From Sedimentisphaerales bacterium (GTDB lineage Bacteria; Planctomycetota; Phycisphaerae; Sedimentisphaerales; Anaerobacaceae), in contig JAXGYC010000008.1 in NCBI GenBank assembly GCA_040772485.1, positions 448,001 to 512,000 of the forward strand: a DNA stretch of 64,000 bases, in the 5' to 3' direction. Every line of letters begins with the position of its first letter. The first letter of the stretch is position 1. The notes under the pieces are model-generated. The model was given only the letters and a program-made list of their open reading frames with translations, ran no database searches and was not told where the DNA came from. The translations under genes were made by a program, and so were the position numbers. This document shows positions 48,062-58,863 of this stretch, piece by piece.

Positions 48062-49162
48062 TTAGCCCAGGAACCCGAGGATGGCGTCGACCACCGCGTC
48101 CTGCATCTCGTCGGTCAGCTCGGGATATATCGGAAGCGCCATGATCTCTTTGGCGGCTTTCTCGGATGCGGGGAAACTGCCTTCTTTGTGCCCCAGATAG
48201 GCGAAGCACTCCTGCAAGTGCGCCGGAACGGGATAGTAGATCTCACAGCCGATATGACTGGCCTGCAGATGCGCGACGACCTCGTCTCGCCGCGGCACGC
48301 GGATGCAATACTGGTTGTAAATCGTCTGGCAGTCCGGACTGACATACGGCGTCTGAACGACGGTGCCCTTGAACCTCTTGTCGTAGTAGGCCGCGTTATC
48401 CCGCCGGGCCTGCGACCAGTCGCCCAGGTGCGGCAGCTTCACCTGCAGCGCCACCGCCTGGATCGGGTCGAGACGGAAGTTGGCGCCGACGTATTTGTGG
48501 TAGTACTTCGGCTCCATCCCATGGTTGCGCATCAAAACCAGACGCTTGTAGAGCGCCTCATCGTTGGTGACGACCATGCCCCCGTCGCCGATGCCGCCGA
48601 GGTTCTTGCTCGGGAAGAAGCTGAAGCAGCCGGCCGTGCCGATGCTGCCGGCCTTCCTGCCTTTGTAGGTGCTCGTGATAGACTGGGCGGCATCCTCGAT
48701 CACCGCCAGATTGTACCGCTCCGCGACGTCCATGATCGCATCCATGTCCGCCATCTGGCCAAACAGGTGCACGGGCATGATCGCTTTGGTGTTCTTGGTG
48801 ACCGCCGCCTCGATCAGGTCAGCATCGATATTGTACGTCTTCGGGTCGATATCGACAAAGACGGGTCTGGCCCCGACCCGCGCGATGCACCCGACGGTCG
48901 CGAAGAACGTGAAGGGCGTGGTGATGACCTCGTCGCCCGGACCGATCTGAAGGCTCATCAGGCAGTTCAACAGCGCGTCGGTCCCGCTGGAAACACCGAC
49001 CGCGTATTGGCAGTCGCTCACCTGGGCGATCTGCCTCTCGAGTTCCTCCACCTTCGGGCCCCCGATGCACCGCTGGGATTCAAGCACTTCGGCCACGGCC
49101 GCCAGCACCTCGTCCTTGATGGTTGCATACTGCGCCTTCAAATCCAACAACGGTACCTGCAT
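48062..49162 (-). CDS. DegT/DnrJ/EryC1/StrS aminotransferase
   Basis: VSSGTDAL, PVHLFGQ, IEDAAQ, SFFPSKNLG. Confidence 0.95.
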   Translation of the reverse strand: MQVPLLDLKAQYATIKDEVLAAVAEVLESQRCIGGPKVEELERQIAQVSDCQYAVGVSSGTDALLNCLMSLQIGPGDEVITTPFTFFATVGCIARVGARPVFVDIDPKTYNIDADLIEAAVTKNTKAIMPVHLFGQMADMDAIMDVAERYNLAVIEDAAQSITSTYKGRKAGSIGTAGCFSFFPSKNLGGIGDGGMVVTNDEALYKRLVLMRNHGMEPKYYHKYVGANFRLDPIQAVALQVKLPHLGDWSQARRDNAAYYDKRFKGTVVQTPYVSPDCQTIYNQYCIRVPRRDEVVAHLQASHIGCEIYYPVPAHLQECFAYLGHKEGSFPASEKAAKEIMALPIYPELTDEMQDAVVDAILGFLG

Positions 49163-49277
49163 AGGACCTTCCCTGAGAAGCTGCTTCGGTTCGCCCCGTC
49201 AGTTGCTTGAGCGTGCACATGTCGATGTGCGGCCAGGGCCGTCCCATTATGGCCGATCACGCCGCCGCCGGCAACCT

Positions 49278-50543
49278 TTACTCACCCGCTCTGCTCGGGA
49301 GTGCCGCGTTCGCGTGGCCGACGACCCGTGCAAGGAGACTTTCGAGGTGAGCGGCGAGCAGGTTGCGGTCGAACTCGCGTTCTGCCAGCGCCCGGGCGTT
49401 GCGCCCCATCTGCGCGCACAGCGCAGGATTTTGCGACAGCTCCATCAGCGCCTCAGCCAAGGCGGCCGGACGATCCGGCGCGACAAAGCGACCGCAGCCG
49501 TTCCGCTCGATCGTCTCGGCCAGCCAGCCGCCTGCATTGATGAGCACCGGCTTGCCCGCCGCCAGCGAATCGAACATCTTGTTGGGAGACCACGTGGGTT
49601 TCTCGCCGCCTCGGACGATCGTCAGACAGACGTCGCCGCCGGCTACGATGCCTGCGATCTCTTCCTTGGGTACCAGATCGCCAAAGACGACGTTTTGCAG
49701 GTTGTACCGCCTGGCCATCGCCTCCAGTTCACTGCGTTTGCCCCCGCCGCCCTGAAGGACCAGGACGATGTGGTCCTGCCTTCGTTCGGCCAGGATCTTC
49801 GCCGCCTCAATCGCGTATTCCAGGCCGTTGGCCAGGCCCATGGCCCCGAAATACAGCGCGGCGAATCGGTCGCCCAGCCCCAGCCGACGGCGCGCCGCAC
49901 TGCCGTCCAGATCGGGACGAAACAGATCCAGGTCGCTGCCGTTGGGAATCACTGTGACGCTGGAGGCGGCGACTCCCGCCCGCACGATGCCCTCCTTCAT
50001 GCCGGGCGACAGCGCCACGATGTGGTCGGCTTGCCGGTAGATCTTCCGCGCCATGCGCCGGAGCCACCAGATTGCCAGCGGGTTGTTCAAGGCGCCGATC
50101 TCCACGAGCGCCTCGGGCCATAGATCGCGGGCCTCGAAGACGAACGGCACGCCAAAGTGCCGGCCGGCCGCGATGCCCGCCAGGCCCACCGTCAGCGGCG
50201 TGTGCGTCGCGAAGACGATGTCGGGCCGGTCCTGCTCTCTGGCGATTCGCGCGGCCACCCGCGCGAATTCGTAGAACTTGAGCATTCGTCGCCAGCCGCT
50301 CAGGGCCGTTCCCATATGCGGGTCGTTGTACCCCCCCGTCACAGACACCACGCGGATTCCGTCGACCTCGTACACGCCGTACCGCTTGCCCCTGGGCACA
50401 GGAAACTCGGCGTTGGCCAGACCGGAGGTAATCATCGTCACGCGGTGGCCCTTGCCTGCCAGGTGCCGCCCGAACTCATACGATCGCGTTCCGGTCCGGC
50501 CCTTGCGCGATGCGAAGTACTGATGGATGTAGAGGATATGCAT
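49278..50543 (-). CDS. Glycosyltransferase family 4 (WbuB-like)
   Basis: HQYF, FEARDLWPE, VIPNG, PNKMFDSLAAGKP. Confidence 0.93.
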   Translation of the reverse strand: MHILYIHQYFASRKGRTGTRSYEFGRHLAGKGHRVTMITSGLANAEFPVPRGKRYGVYEVDGIRVVSVTGGYNDPHMGTALSGWRRMLKFYEFARVAARIAREQDRPDIVFATHTPLTVGLAGIAAGRHFGVPFVFEARDLWPEALVEIGALNNPLAIWWLRRMARKIYRQADHIVALSPGMKEGIVRAGVAASSVTVIPNGSDLDLFRPDLDGSAARRRLGLGDRFAALYFGAMGLANGLEYAIEAAKILAERRQDHIVLVLQGGGGKRSELEAMARRYNLQNVVFGDLVPKEEIAGIVAGGDVCLTIVRGGEKPTWSPNKMFDSLAAGKPVLINAGGWLAETIERNGCGRFVAPDRPAALAEALMELSQNPALCAQMGRNARALAEREFDRNLLAAHLESLLARVVGHANAALPSRAGE

Positions 50544-50679
50544 GTTTGCAGGCCTACCGGTTCAGACCTTCCCGACCTACTTTCTTTCGGGCAGCCCCGA
50601 TAATCTCGCCTCCATCACACCAAAACGCAGGATGTCGCATTCTACTCCGTCTTCCACTCTTTCCCATGTTAACTCTGTG

Positions 50680-50688
50680 TGGTATAAT
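50680..50688 (+). promoter_or_regulatory. Extended -10 promoter
   Basis: TGGTATAAT about 95 bp upstream of ATG 50783. Confidence 0.55.
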
Positions 50689-50782
50689 GGGTGCGTCTCC
50701 TTGCAGAATGGCAGGATGACGCATCAGGGCGAAAGCCGTGGCGCCAGGGAGGTTGTGTCGACAGATGGGGGAAAGAGGTCAT

Positions 50783-52138
50783 ATGAGTCAGCTTTCAGTG
50801 CAGCAGCCTCGAACGGTGCGGCCTGTCGCCTTGCTTGCGGCTGTTCTCGTGATGGCCTGGGTCTCGACCGCATGGAGCGGCATCAAGAAATATGAGGGCG
50901 ACCTGCCCACGATCGATCCGGCTTTCTCCGCGATCGCGCCCGAGAACCGCCCGCTGCTGTACGAACGACTCATCGCCGGCTACGGGCGGGACTACCTGTA
51001 CCGCATGGTGGCCAACGACGGTCGGAAGCTCTCTGACGGGATGGCCGTATACTACCTCCAGCGCGAGCTTCAGTCCCTCGTTGACATGTGGAGGGGAACC
51101 GGAAATCCGGCCTACCTCGACATGGCCAAGAGCCTGACCTTGCAGGCCATCGACGAAGCGGCCGCCCATCCCTTGCCCCTGGTCTGGCACGACGAGCCGC
51201 GCGGCGAATGGCCCTGTTTCTACCTCGGGACCGTCGCGGGCGAGACCGGCGGGCACAGTCAGCTCTGCGACTTCCAGGGCAGCGCCGGATTTCTGCTGGT
51301 CGCCCGCGCCCTGTCCGAGATTGCCGATCCCAACTGGCGTCCGATCGCCGATTTCGTCGAACGCGAGGTCATCGAGAAATGGCTCTACCACCAGCCCGCA
51401 ATCACCTCCGCAGACCTGGTCCGGCCCGATTCGTTTGCGATCGTCCTGAGAATCCTCAACGGCGCACGCGACGTTCGGGAGCATTTCGCCTGTCTGTGTC
51501 TCGACCTGGATGAGCTTGGGTATCGCACGTATGCCTACCCGACATGGGCCGAGCGCCTCATCGAGCTGTATCTGACGCCCCGCTACGATCCGAACGAACC
51601 GGCGCCGAACTTCGAGGGCATCGAGCGCGCGATCCCGGCCGACTGGGGCCTGTTCGTGCAGGTGGCCGAGGAAGGCTACGTCTGGTTGCTGATCCCGGAC
51701 TACGGAGCCGCTGCAGCGGACGCCGCCCTCGACACCTCGCACGCCAATCGAACGGCATGGCTGGCCTGCCGAGCGTACGCCAAGGGTCTCATCGACGAAG
51801 CGATCATGGACGGACTGATCAACACCCTCAAGTTCCGGATCTGGGCGCCTGCGAAGGGTCCGTTCTACTTCAACAACTACACCGACGGCAGTGACGGCAT
51901 GCTCGGTGCTCTGCAACCCGGCCGTGGAGGCAATGTCTGGTTCGGCTGGCACCGCCTGGCCTCTTTCGATCCTGATCTCGAAGCCCTGTTTCTGTCGCTT
52001 GCGTACGATCTGACCAACGGCGGTCCCAACCTGCCCGACGGCGCTCAGAACAAGATGATGCAAAACGCGCCGCTGTGCCTGGAGGCGTGGGGCACACGGC
52101 TGCTCGGTTCCAAAGGCCAGTTGTACAGTTTCCCGTAG
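50783..52138 (+). CDS. Secreted hypothetical protein
   Basis: GAGG RBS, signal peptide, host-like codon bias; Trp/Tyr-rich, apparently helical. Confidence 0.75.
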   Translation: MSQLSVQQPRTVRPVALLAAVLVMAWVSTAWSGIKKYEGDLPTIDPAFSAIAPENRPLLYERLIAGYGRDYLYRMVANDGRKLSDGMAVYYLQRELQSLVDMWRGTGNPAYLDMAKSLTLQAIDEAAAHPLPLVWHDEPRGEWPCFYLGTVAGETGGHSQLCDFQGSAGFLLVARALSEIADPNWRPIADFVEREVIEKWLYHQPAITSADLVRPDSFAIVLRILNGARDVREHFACLCLDLDELGYRTYAYPTWAERLIELYLTPRYDPNEPAPNFEGIERAIPADWGLFVQVAEEGYVWLLIPDYGAAAADAALDTSHANRTAWLACRAYAKGLIDEAIMDGLINTLKFRIWAPAKGPFYFNNYTDGSDGMLGALQPGRGGNVWFGWHRLASFDPDLEALFLSLAYDLTNGGPNLPDGAQNKMMQNAPLCLEAWGTRLLGSKGQLYSFP

Positions 52139-52169
52139 GCCGACACAGCGTTCACGGGGCGCCGATCAC

Positions 52170-53306
52170 TCAGGAAGATGAGCGGACGGCCTCGCTCCGG
52201 CCCGCACCCTTGGATATGCCGAACTCCTGGAAGACGTGGACGATGCGCTCGGCCGTCCGGCCGTCCCACAGCGCCGGGATCGTGCCTTCCTTCCATCGAC
52301 CCGACAGAATCCGGTCGGATTTCTCCGCAATCGTCCCCATGTCCACCAGCTCGTTCGTCCCCTGGGAAATGGTGATGGGCCGTTCGGTGTTCGGACGCAG
52401 GGTCAGGCACGGCAGTCTCAGGTAGGTCGTTTCTTCCTGAATGCCGCCGGAATCCGTCAGCACGAATCGCGCATTCTTCTGAAGCACGATGAATTCCCGA
52501 TACCGAACCGGCTCGATGATCCGAAGGTCACGCGCCAGCGCGATATCGATCCCAAACCGTTCGATGTTCTTGCGGGTCCTCGGATGCATCGGGAACACGA
52601 CAGGCAGCTTCTCCGACAGCCGGTTCAGGTAGACGAGGATCTGCCTGAGGCTCTCCGCTTCGTCCACGTTCGATGGACGGTGCAGCGTCACCAGAACGTA
52701 AGAACCTCGCTCCAGAGCAAGATCGCCAAGCGTCTGCGCCTCCTGGTCGGCGCTGACGCGCCCCAGGATTGTCACGAGTGAATCGATCATGATGTTGCCG
52801 ACGCAGCGCACCCGACCGTCCCGGGCGCCTTCGCGACGGAGGTTCTCGTCTCCGTCGATCGACGGCGTCAGCAGGAGGTCGGAAATCGCATCGGTCACGC
52901 GCCGGTTGATCTCCTCCGGCATCGTTTCGTCAAAGCTGCGCAGGCCCGCCTCGACGTGCGCGACGGGAACGAGCTGCTTCTTCGCGGTGAGGCTGCAGGC
53001 CACCGTCGAGTTGACGTCGCCGAAGACGACGACGAGGTCGGGACGCTCCTGAACGAGCACCTTCTCGAATTCGATCATGACCTTGGCCGTCTGCTCCGCG
53101 TGGCTGCCCGAGCCGACCCCGAGGTAATGATGAGACTCCGGAAGCTGCAAGTCCTCGAAGAAGGCCTGCGACATCGCGTAGTCGTAGTGCTGGCCCGTAT
53201 GAACGATGACCGGCTCAAATCCCTCGGCCCGCGTCAGTTCGAAATACAGCGGCGCCATCTTCATGAAATTCGGCCGGGCGCCGACGATCAGCAGTATCTT
53301 GGACAC
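52170..53306 (-). CDS. wecB: UDP-N-acetylglucosamine 2-epimerase (non-hydrolysing)
   Basis: VGARPNFMK, HTGQHYD, HVEAGLRS, PEEINR, TDSGGIQEE, NTERP. Confidence 0.95.
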   Translation of the reverse strand: MSKILLIVGARPNFMKMAPLYFELTRAEGFEPVIVHTGQHYDYAMSQAFFEDLQLPESHHYLGVGSGSHAEQTAKVMIEFEKVLVQERPDLVVVFGDVNSTVACSLTAKKQLVPVAHVEAGLRSFDETMPEEINRRVTDAISDLLLTPSIDGDENLRREGARDGRVRCVGNIMIDSLVTILGRVSADQEAQTLGDLALERGSYVLVTLHRPSNVDEAESLRQILVYLNRLSEKLPVVFPMHPRTRKNIERFGIDIALARDLRIIEPVRYREFIVLQKNARFVLTDSGGIQEETTYLRLPCLTLRPNTERPITISQGTNELVDMGTIAEKSDRILSGRWKEGTIPALWDGRTAERIVHVFQEFGISKGAGRSEAVRSSS

Positions 53307-54465
53307 AGTCCTGCCCTCCAGTGGTCCCGAGAAGAGTTTCGTACATGTGACAGAGTTTTTGGCTCTCGTTTTCCCAGTTGTACAACGTGCGGACGGCGGC
53401 AAGGCCGCGTTCGCCCATGGCCCGCGCCTCGTCCGGGCATTCGATCAGGTGCGTGATCGCTGCGGCGATGTCGTTCGGTCTGGATGGATCAACAATCAGG
53501 CCGCAGCGGTTCGGCTCGACCACTTCCCTGTACAACGGGAAATTCGACGCCACAACCGGCACGCCTACCAGCATATAGTCAAACAGCTTGTTCGGCAAGC
53601 AGCTCATGTTGTTGGCATAAGGCAAATACGTAATGATACCTATCGATGCCTGCGAGGTGAGTTTCTCCTTCTCCTCGTAGGGCACCCAGGGAAGAAAATC
53701 TACGTTGTTCTCGATGCCGCGCTGCTTGACCAATGTCTTCAGCTCGTCCTCGAAGGGGGCGGGCCTCGCCACGCCGACCAGGACCAGCCGCCAGTCCGGA
53801 TGTCTGGCGACCACCAGAGCGAACGCCTCGATCACCTCGACCAGGCCGCGGATGCGCGACATGGCGCCGATGTAGATGATCTTTTTCTGTGGGTCCTTCT
53901 CGAACGCATCGGACAGGGCGACGATCGGGTAGTTCTCGATCCGGCCGGACCGCACCTTCAGCTTCTGGTAGCGGGCGCCGACGAACGGGGTCGTGTAGAT
54001 CACCAGGTCGAAGAACCGCACCACCGCCCGCTCGAAGAGGTCGAACGACTTGCTTACGCAGCGTCGCAGGCCCTTCGAAATCCAGAACTTGTCGAGGATG
54101 CTGTTGGGGTAGTGCTCGTGTACGTCCCAAACCACCTTCTTGCCCCTCGCCTTCAGGAGCAGGCCGACGATCATCAGCTCGGGATCGTGGAAGTGGTACA
54201 CGTCCGCGTTCTCACGGACCGCCTGCCGGTATAGCTTCCACGTCACGCTCGTCATCCGATGGAAGCGGCTTCGCGGCTCGGGCACCGGAACGATGCGCAC
54301 GCCGTCAACGGTCTCGGTCCTGGTGTGCCGGGCGATCAGCACGACGTCATAGCCGGCTCTCGCCAGACTCTTCGCCTCCTTGTGGAAAATGCGCCCGTCG
54401 AACGGCACGTGAACCGTCGTCAACATGCACACCTTCGCTCGAACTGGCTTCGCTGCATCAGCCAT
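53215..54465 (-). CDS. Glycosyltransferase family 4
   Basis: DGRIFHKEAKSL, YHFHDPEL, WDVHE, PNKLFDYM. Confidence 0.92.
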   Translation of the reverse strand: MADAAKPVRAKVCMLTTVHVPFDGRIFHKEAKSLARAGYDVVLIARHTRTETVDGVRIVPVPEPRSRFHRMTSVTWKLYRQAVRENADVYHFHDPELMIVGLLLKARGKKVVWDVHEHYPNSILDKFWISKGLRRCVSKSFDLFERAVVRFFDLVIYTTPFVGARYQKLKVRSGRIENYPIVALSDAFEKDPQKKIIYIGAMSRIRGLVEVIEAFALVVARHPDWRLVLVGVARPAPFEDELKTLVKQRGIENNVDFLPWVPYEEKEKLTSQASIGIITYLPYANNMSCLPNKLFDYMLVGVPVVASNFPLYREVVEPNRCGLIVDPSRPNDIAAAITHLIECPDEARAMGERGLAAVRTLYNWENESQKLCHMYETLLGTTGGQDCVQDTADRRRPAEFHEDGAAVFRTDAGRGI

Positions 54466-55690
54466 TGCCGGTCCTTGCCCCTGATGCCAGCGACCACAGC
54501 GCATCGGCGAATGCCTTGGCGTTGCGGTCGGAGTCGAATACGTCACGCGCACGCGACAGTCCGTCCTGGCCCGCGGCGGCGCGAAACGCCGCATCGACGA
54601 GCATCCGCTCGATGGCGCTGCGCAGTTGCTCGACGTTCCGCGATTCAACGAGCAGCCCTGTCTGGCCGTCGATCACTGCCTCCGGCACGCCTCCCACGCG
54701 CGTCGCGACCACCGGCAGTCCGCAATCCATGGCCTCCAGAATCGCCTGGGGCATGCCCTCGCTGTGCGAAGGCAGAACCAGGAAATCGGCGCCTTGCAGA
54801 TAGTGCGGCACATCTTCCGGCGGGACACGCCCCGCCAGAAGGACCGCATCTTTGCGCGACACCCGTGCCGAAAGCTGCGCCAACACATTCCGCGAAGGGC
54901 CGTCGCCCACACACACCAGACGAAACTCCCTGTGCTCGTTCAGAAGAGGCTCGCAGGCCGCCGCCAAATCGTTGATTCCCTTCGTTTCGACCAGACCGCC
55001 GACATAGATGGCGACGATGCAATCCATCGGCCAGCCCAGCCGCTGGCGGACCTCCATCTTGTTCTGAGCCGGATAGAATTGCTCCGCGTCCCGGCCGAGA
55101 TACACGCACAGCGGCTCACGTCTGCACGCGTCCGTCTGGCTCAGTCTCGTGCACGTCGACTGACTTACGCCGACAGGCAGATCGACCTGCGCCAGCGTAT
55201 CACGCAACCGCTTCCACAGGACCGGCATCCGGTCCGGATAGACCATCACGTCGCTGCCGACCGCCAGAGACGCAACGGGCAGACCGAGCTTGCTGCCTAT
55301 GGTTACGGCCGCTTCCGCGTCCGGCAGCATCGAAACCCCAAAGACCACATCGAATGGCTCGGCCTGGTGCCATCGCTTCGCCTGCGCCATGGCGCTGAAC
55401 GCCAGCGATGTGCCCTCGAACCGCCGGAACCCAAATCCGGGCGGGCGGAGGTAACTGACCCGGCGCGCCCGCAGACCATCCGGCGCGGCCAGCGGATTAG
55501 CAGGACCATAGTCACGCCATCGCGAGGCGCGACACAGCGGCCAGGGGGCCCACGGCCGGCCCACGAGGAAGTCACATTCGATCCCGTGCCGGCGCAGGTG
55601 CCGAGCCTCGCGACACATGAAAATCCCGTGCCTTGGCGAGGTCGTGGTCGGGAACATGTGGCTAACCGTCAATATCCGGAGCTTCTTCAT
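54458..55690 (-). CDS. Glycosyltransferase family 4
   Basis: GSDV, VGDGP, LPSHSEGMPQAILEAMDCGLPVVAT. Confidence 0.92.
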   Translation of the reverse strand: MKKLRILTVSHMFPTTTSPRHGIFMCREARHLRRHGIECDFLVGRPWAPWPLCRASRWRDYGPANPLAAPDGLRARRVSYLRPPGFGFRRFEGTSLAFSAMAQAKRWHQAEPFDVVFGVSMLPDAEAAVTIGSKLGLPVASLAVGSDVMVYPDRMPVLWKRLRDTLAQVDLPVGVSQSTCTRLSQTDACRREPLCVYLGRDAEQFYPAQNKMEVRQRLGWPMDCIVAIYVGGLVETKGINDLAAACEPLLNEHREFRLVCVGDGPSRNVLAQLSARVSRKDAVLLAGRVPPEDVPHYLQGADFLVLPSHSEGMPQAILEAMDCGLPVVATRVGGVPEAVIDGQTGLLVESRNVEQLRSAIERMLVDAAFRAAAGQDGLSRARDVFDSDRNAKAFADALWSLASGARTGNG

Positions 55691-57101
55691 CCGTTTCGTC
55701 GCAGAATTCGTCGGGGTCGGCGTGCCACCAACTGAGACGTTCGGCCGCCAGCACGAACGCCAGGAAAACCCAATAGTACTTCGCGGACACCTGCTTGATG
55801 TTCAGGCCCATCACCAGCAGAAACGTCAGGACCGCCCGTGCGTACAGCTTCTCCAGGGTCAGAGGCATGCGTTTGACTGTGAGCATCAGCAGGACGACGA
55901 AGACGGCGAACAGGACCCCCGCCGGAACGCCGTATACACCGAGCGCAAAGAAGAAATCGTTGTGAGGCCAGATTACGCTGTCGGTCCGCTCGAACCAACT
56001 GAAGTAGCCCGTGCCCGCCGGTCGCGTGACGGCAGCCCCTACGGCTTTGCGGATCGGGGCCATGCGGATGTCGATGGCTTCTTTCGCACGCTGTACACTG
56101 GTCAACCGCGCGGAGACCGAGCTGTCCAAGCCCTGCTGCCGGACCAGAAGCCCCGTAGACAGAGACGCCATCAGGATGACGAGCACCAGCAGGGCCGCCA
56201 GCGCCGGTCGGCGCAGGACCTGTCGCACGAACAACAGCGGGCTCAGCACCGTGAACGCCAGCGCCACCAGACCGCCGCGCGATCCGATCCGAAGCATCAT
56301 GACGGGCAGGAACAGAATCGCCGCGAGATAAAGGACGCGCCACAGCAGGCTCCGGTCGCGGGCGAACAGATAGACCGCGCAGAGGAACGCCAGGGCCGTG
56401 AGGGCCGCGAGCATGTTGGCGTCGATCGCGCGTCCGAGCGTCGCGGCGTACCGCACGTCCCGCGTCTCGTGCGCCGCGCGAATCACTGCGCCCGTGCGGA
56501 CCGCCAGAACGATCGTGCCCAGCATCCCGATAACATATGAGCGCAACGCCCAGAGAAACGTGGTCTGGCGGTTCGTTTCGAGAATCCAGTAGGCGATCAC
56601 GACCAGTGCGACCAACTGGAATTGCGTGAAGGCCCGCATCACCTCCATCGCCAGGTATGGCTGCGGCAGGGACGCGACGAAGATCCACGCGCTCAGGCCC
56701 GCCGCGACCCACAGGGCCTTGTGCCGGATGCGCAAGCCCGGCCGGGTCAGCATCGCATTCAACAGGAAACTCGCCGCCGCCGCAATCCCCACACCACGAT
56801 CGAGACTGAACCCCTGGCCGAACCCCACACCGGCGCCGGTGGGAAGGACCAGCATGAGAATACACAGCGCGAACGTCGGCTTGATGAGCATGCCGCCAAA
56901 CGTGGGCAGCGCAATCACCAGCCCCCCAACGAGAGGATTCCTGCCCACAAAGGCGATCCCGGACCCGATCGCGCAGACGATCAGCCACACCGCCAGGAGC
57001 AACGTGTTCATGGCGGGCGGGAACAGGATGTCCGACGTCCGCTCCTCGGGCTCGGACAGCAAGCCTTCGTAGTCCACTTCTTCGAAGTAAGTCGCGTACA
57101 T
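55662..57101 (-). CDS. O-antigen ligase / Wzy-like polymerase family membrane protein
   Basis: Many TMs; DANMLA, GSRGGL, GTG..PHNDF..G. Confidence 0.85.
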   Translation of the reverse strand: MYATYFEEVDYEGLLSEPEERTSDILFPPAMNTLLLAVWLIVCAIGSGIAFVGRNPLVGGLVIALPTFGGMLIKPTFALCILMLVLPTGAGVGFGQGFSLDRGVGIAAAASFLLNAMLTRPGLRIRHKALWVAAGLSAWIFVASLPQPYLAMEVMRAFTQFQLVALVVIAYWILETNRQTTFLWALRSYVIGMLGTIVLAVRTGAVIRAAHETRDVRYAATLGRAIDANMLAALTALAFLCAVYLFARDRSLLWRVLYLAAILFLPVMMLRIGSRGGLVALAFTVLSPLLFVRQVLRRPALAALLVLVILMASLSTGLLVRQQGLDSSVSARLTSVQRAKEAIDIRMAPIRKAVGAAVTRPAGTGYFSWFERTDSVIWPHNDFFFALGVYGVPAGVLFAVFVVLLMLTVKRMPLTLEKLYARAVLTFLLVMGLNIKQVSAKYYWVFLAFVLAAERLSWWHADPDEFCDETDEEAPDIDG

Positions 57102-57291
57102 AGGTAACACTGGCGGTGCGGCCGCACCGATGAAGCTCCGGCATCCGGGACCGGCGCCGTTCCGCGTCCGATCCCTGCCTGTTCTTTCGTTTCAAAAGAC
57201 GGGCGGCATGAGAGAGCGTGCCAAGAATCGACTCGTGCCCGCAGAGGCTTTCAGCTCGCGAGCATCCGGTTCCGATAACTCGACGGCTCGA

Positions 57292-58863
57292 TCACAATCC
57301 GTTGCCAACCGCCGATTCTGCTGAGCCGCGCCGCAGGACCGCAAGCAGCCGCCTGCGCTCTGCGGGGTCGATACTGAACAGCCAGGCGCACAGACACGTT
57401 ACAGCGCCCGAGGCAACAATCGCGCCCAGCAGCGCCGGCCACGAATCCGGCGGGAGGAGGACCTTCCAGGCAACGATCACTGCGACCGCCGGAAGGCTGC
57501 CCGCCAGTGCGGGCCGCCAGACGCACACAAGGCTCTCGCGCGTCGCGATCTTCATCCTCCGGTTGAAGTAGATCGGCACGACCAGACCCGACACGATCGC
57601 CATCGGAACGAAGCCGAACCAGGCGATTCCCTCAAGGCCCCAGCCCAGGGATTTGACGGCGAAGACCGAGCCGGCGATGCAGAGGATCGCGGTCACTGCG
57701 GCAAGGGCCCCGAAGACACCATGCTCGCCGCGACCGGTCAGGACCAGAAAGTTGCTGTGCTGCGCCAGCATCAGGCCGTGCCCTGCCGTCAGAACGGCCA
57801 GAACCGTTGCCAGCGAACCGACGACGGTCGGGTCTGAGAACTTCTCGCCCACCCAGACGCTGAGGAATTCGCGGCCCATGACGATCAGGAAGGCGCTGGC
57901 GGGGATCAGAACCAACAGGCTGTATTTCTGTGTCAGGAAGGCGATTTCCTTGACCTTGGCATGGTCGTCGCGGGTGTCCAGCTCGCTGACGGCCGGCTTG
58001 ATCGCGGCCGTGAAGGCCTGGAGCAACTGGCTCAACAGCAGCACGGCGGCGCTGGCGACGGCGAAGCGGCTGACCGCCGACGTGCCCAGGAAGATCCCCG
58101 CGATCAGGTCGCCTGCCTTGCAGACGATCAGGCCGCCCATCGCATAAAGGAACGTGTTCGTTCCATACGAGAGCATGTCCTTCAACAGGACCGGATCGAT
58201 GTTGCGGCGCGACAGGGACACTCCGGGCAGCAGCCGTCGGATGAACAGAGACTGAATCAGCCGCATGACGATCTCGCTCGTGCCGAACACGAGTCCCATC
58301 GTCAACAGGCCGTAACCGCAAAGCAGAAGGACGACCAGCAGAACGGTCCGCACCGCCAGGACTACCAGCGTCGCCATGTTGATGACATCGTACCTCTGCA
58401 GACCGCTGAGCACGGCGGTGGTCAACTGAAGCGGGCTGGCAAGCGCGAACGCAAGGCCCACCACGAGGACCAGCCGGCCGGCCACCTCGATCTGCTCGCG
58501 CTCGATAACAAACCAATCGCCGATCTTCGCGTAGAGCAGAACCGTCAGCAGCGCCAGCACGATCCCCAGGGCCGAGTAGAAGAACAGCGCCGTGCTGACG
58601 ACCTCTGAAATGCCCTGCTCGTCGCCCTTCGCCAGGCAGACAGGAATCTGCCGGTTGATCGCGCCGTTGAGCCCGAGGCTCAGCATGCCGCGATAGCGAA
58701 ACAGCGAGCCGACCAGCACCCACACGCCGTAGCGGGCCTCTCCCAGACGGCCCAGGAAGAACCGGATCAGGACAAAGCCGATCAACGCGTTACTGACGAG
58801 GGCCAGCAGGTTGAACAGCGTGTTGTGGATCAACCGCTTCGAGGTGGTGACAGGTTGTGCCAT
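57292..58863 (-). CDS. Oligosaccharide flippase (Wzx-like)
   Basis: LGEARYGVW, LSGLQRYD, FLSVWVG; about 12-14 TMs. Confidence 0.88.
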   Translation of the reverse strand: MAQPVTTSKRLIHNTLFNLLALVSNALIGFVLIRFFLGRLGEARYGVWVLVGSLFRYRGMLSLGLNGAINRQIPVCLAKGDEQGISEVVSTALFFYSALGIVLALLTVLLYAKIGDWFVIEREQIEVAGRLVLVVGLAFALASPLQLTTAVLSGLQRYDVINMATLVVLAVRTVLLVVLLLCGYGLLTMGLVFGTSEIVMRLIQSLFIRRLLPGVSLSRRNIDPVLLKDMLSYGTNTFLYAMGGLIVCKAGDLIAGIFLGTSAVSRFAVASAAVLLLSQLLQAFTAAIKPAVSELDTRDDHAKVKEIAFLTQKYSLLVLIPASAFLIVMGREFLSVWVGEKFSDPTVVGSLATVLAVLTAGHGLMLAQHSNFLVLTGRGEHGVFGALAAVTAILCIAGSVFAVKSLGWGLEGIAWFGFVPMAIVSGLVVPIYFNRRMKIATRESLVCVWRPALAGSLPAVAVIVAWKVLLPPDSWPALLGAIVASGAVTCLCAWLFSIDPAERRRLLAVLRRGSAESAVGNGL

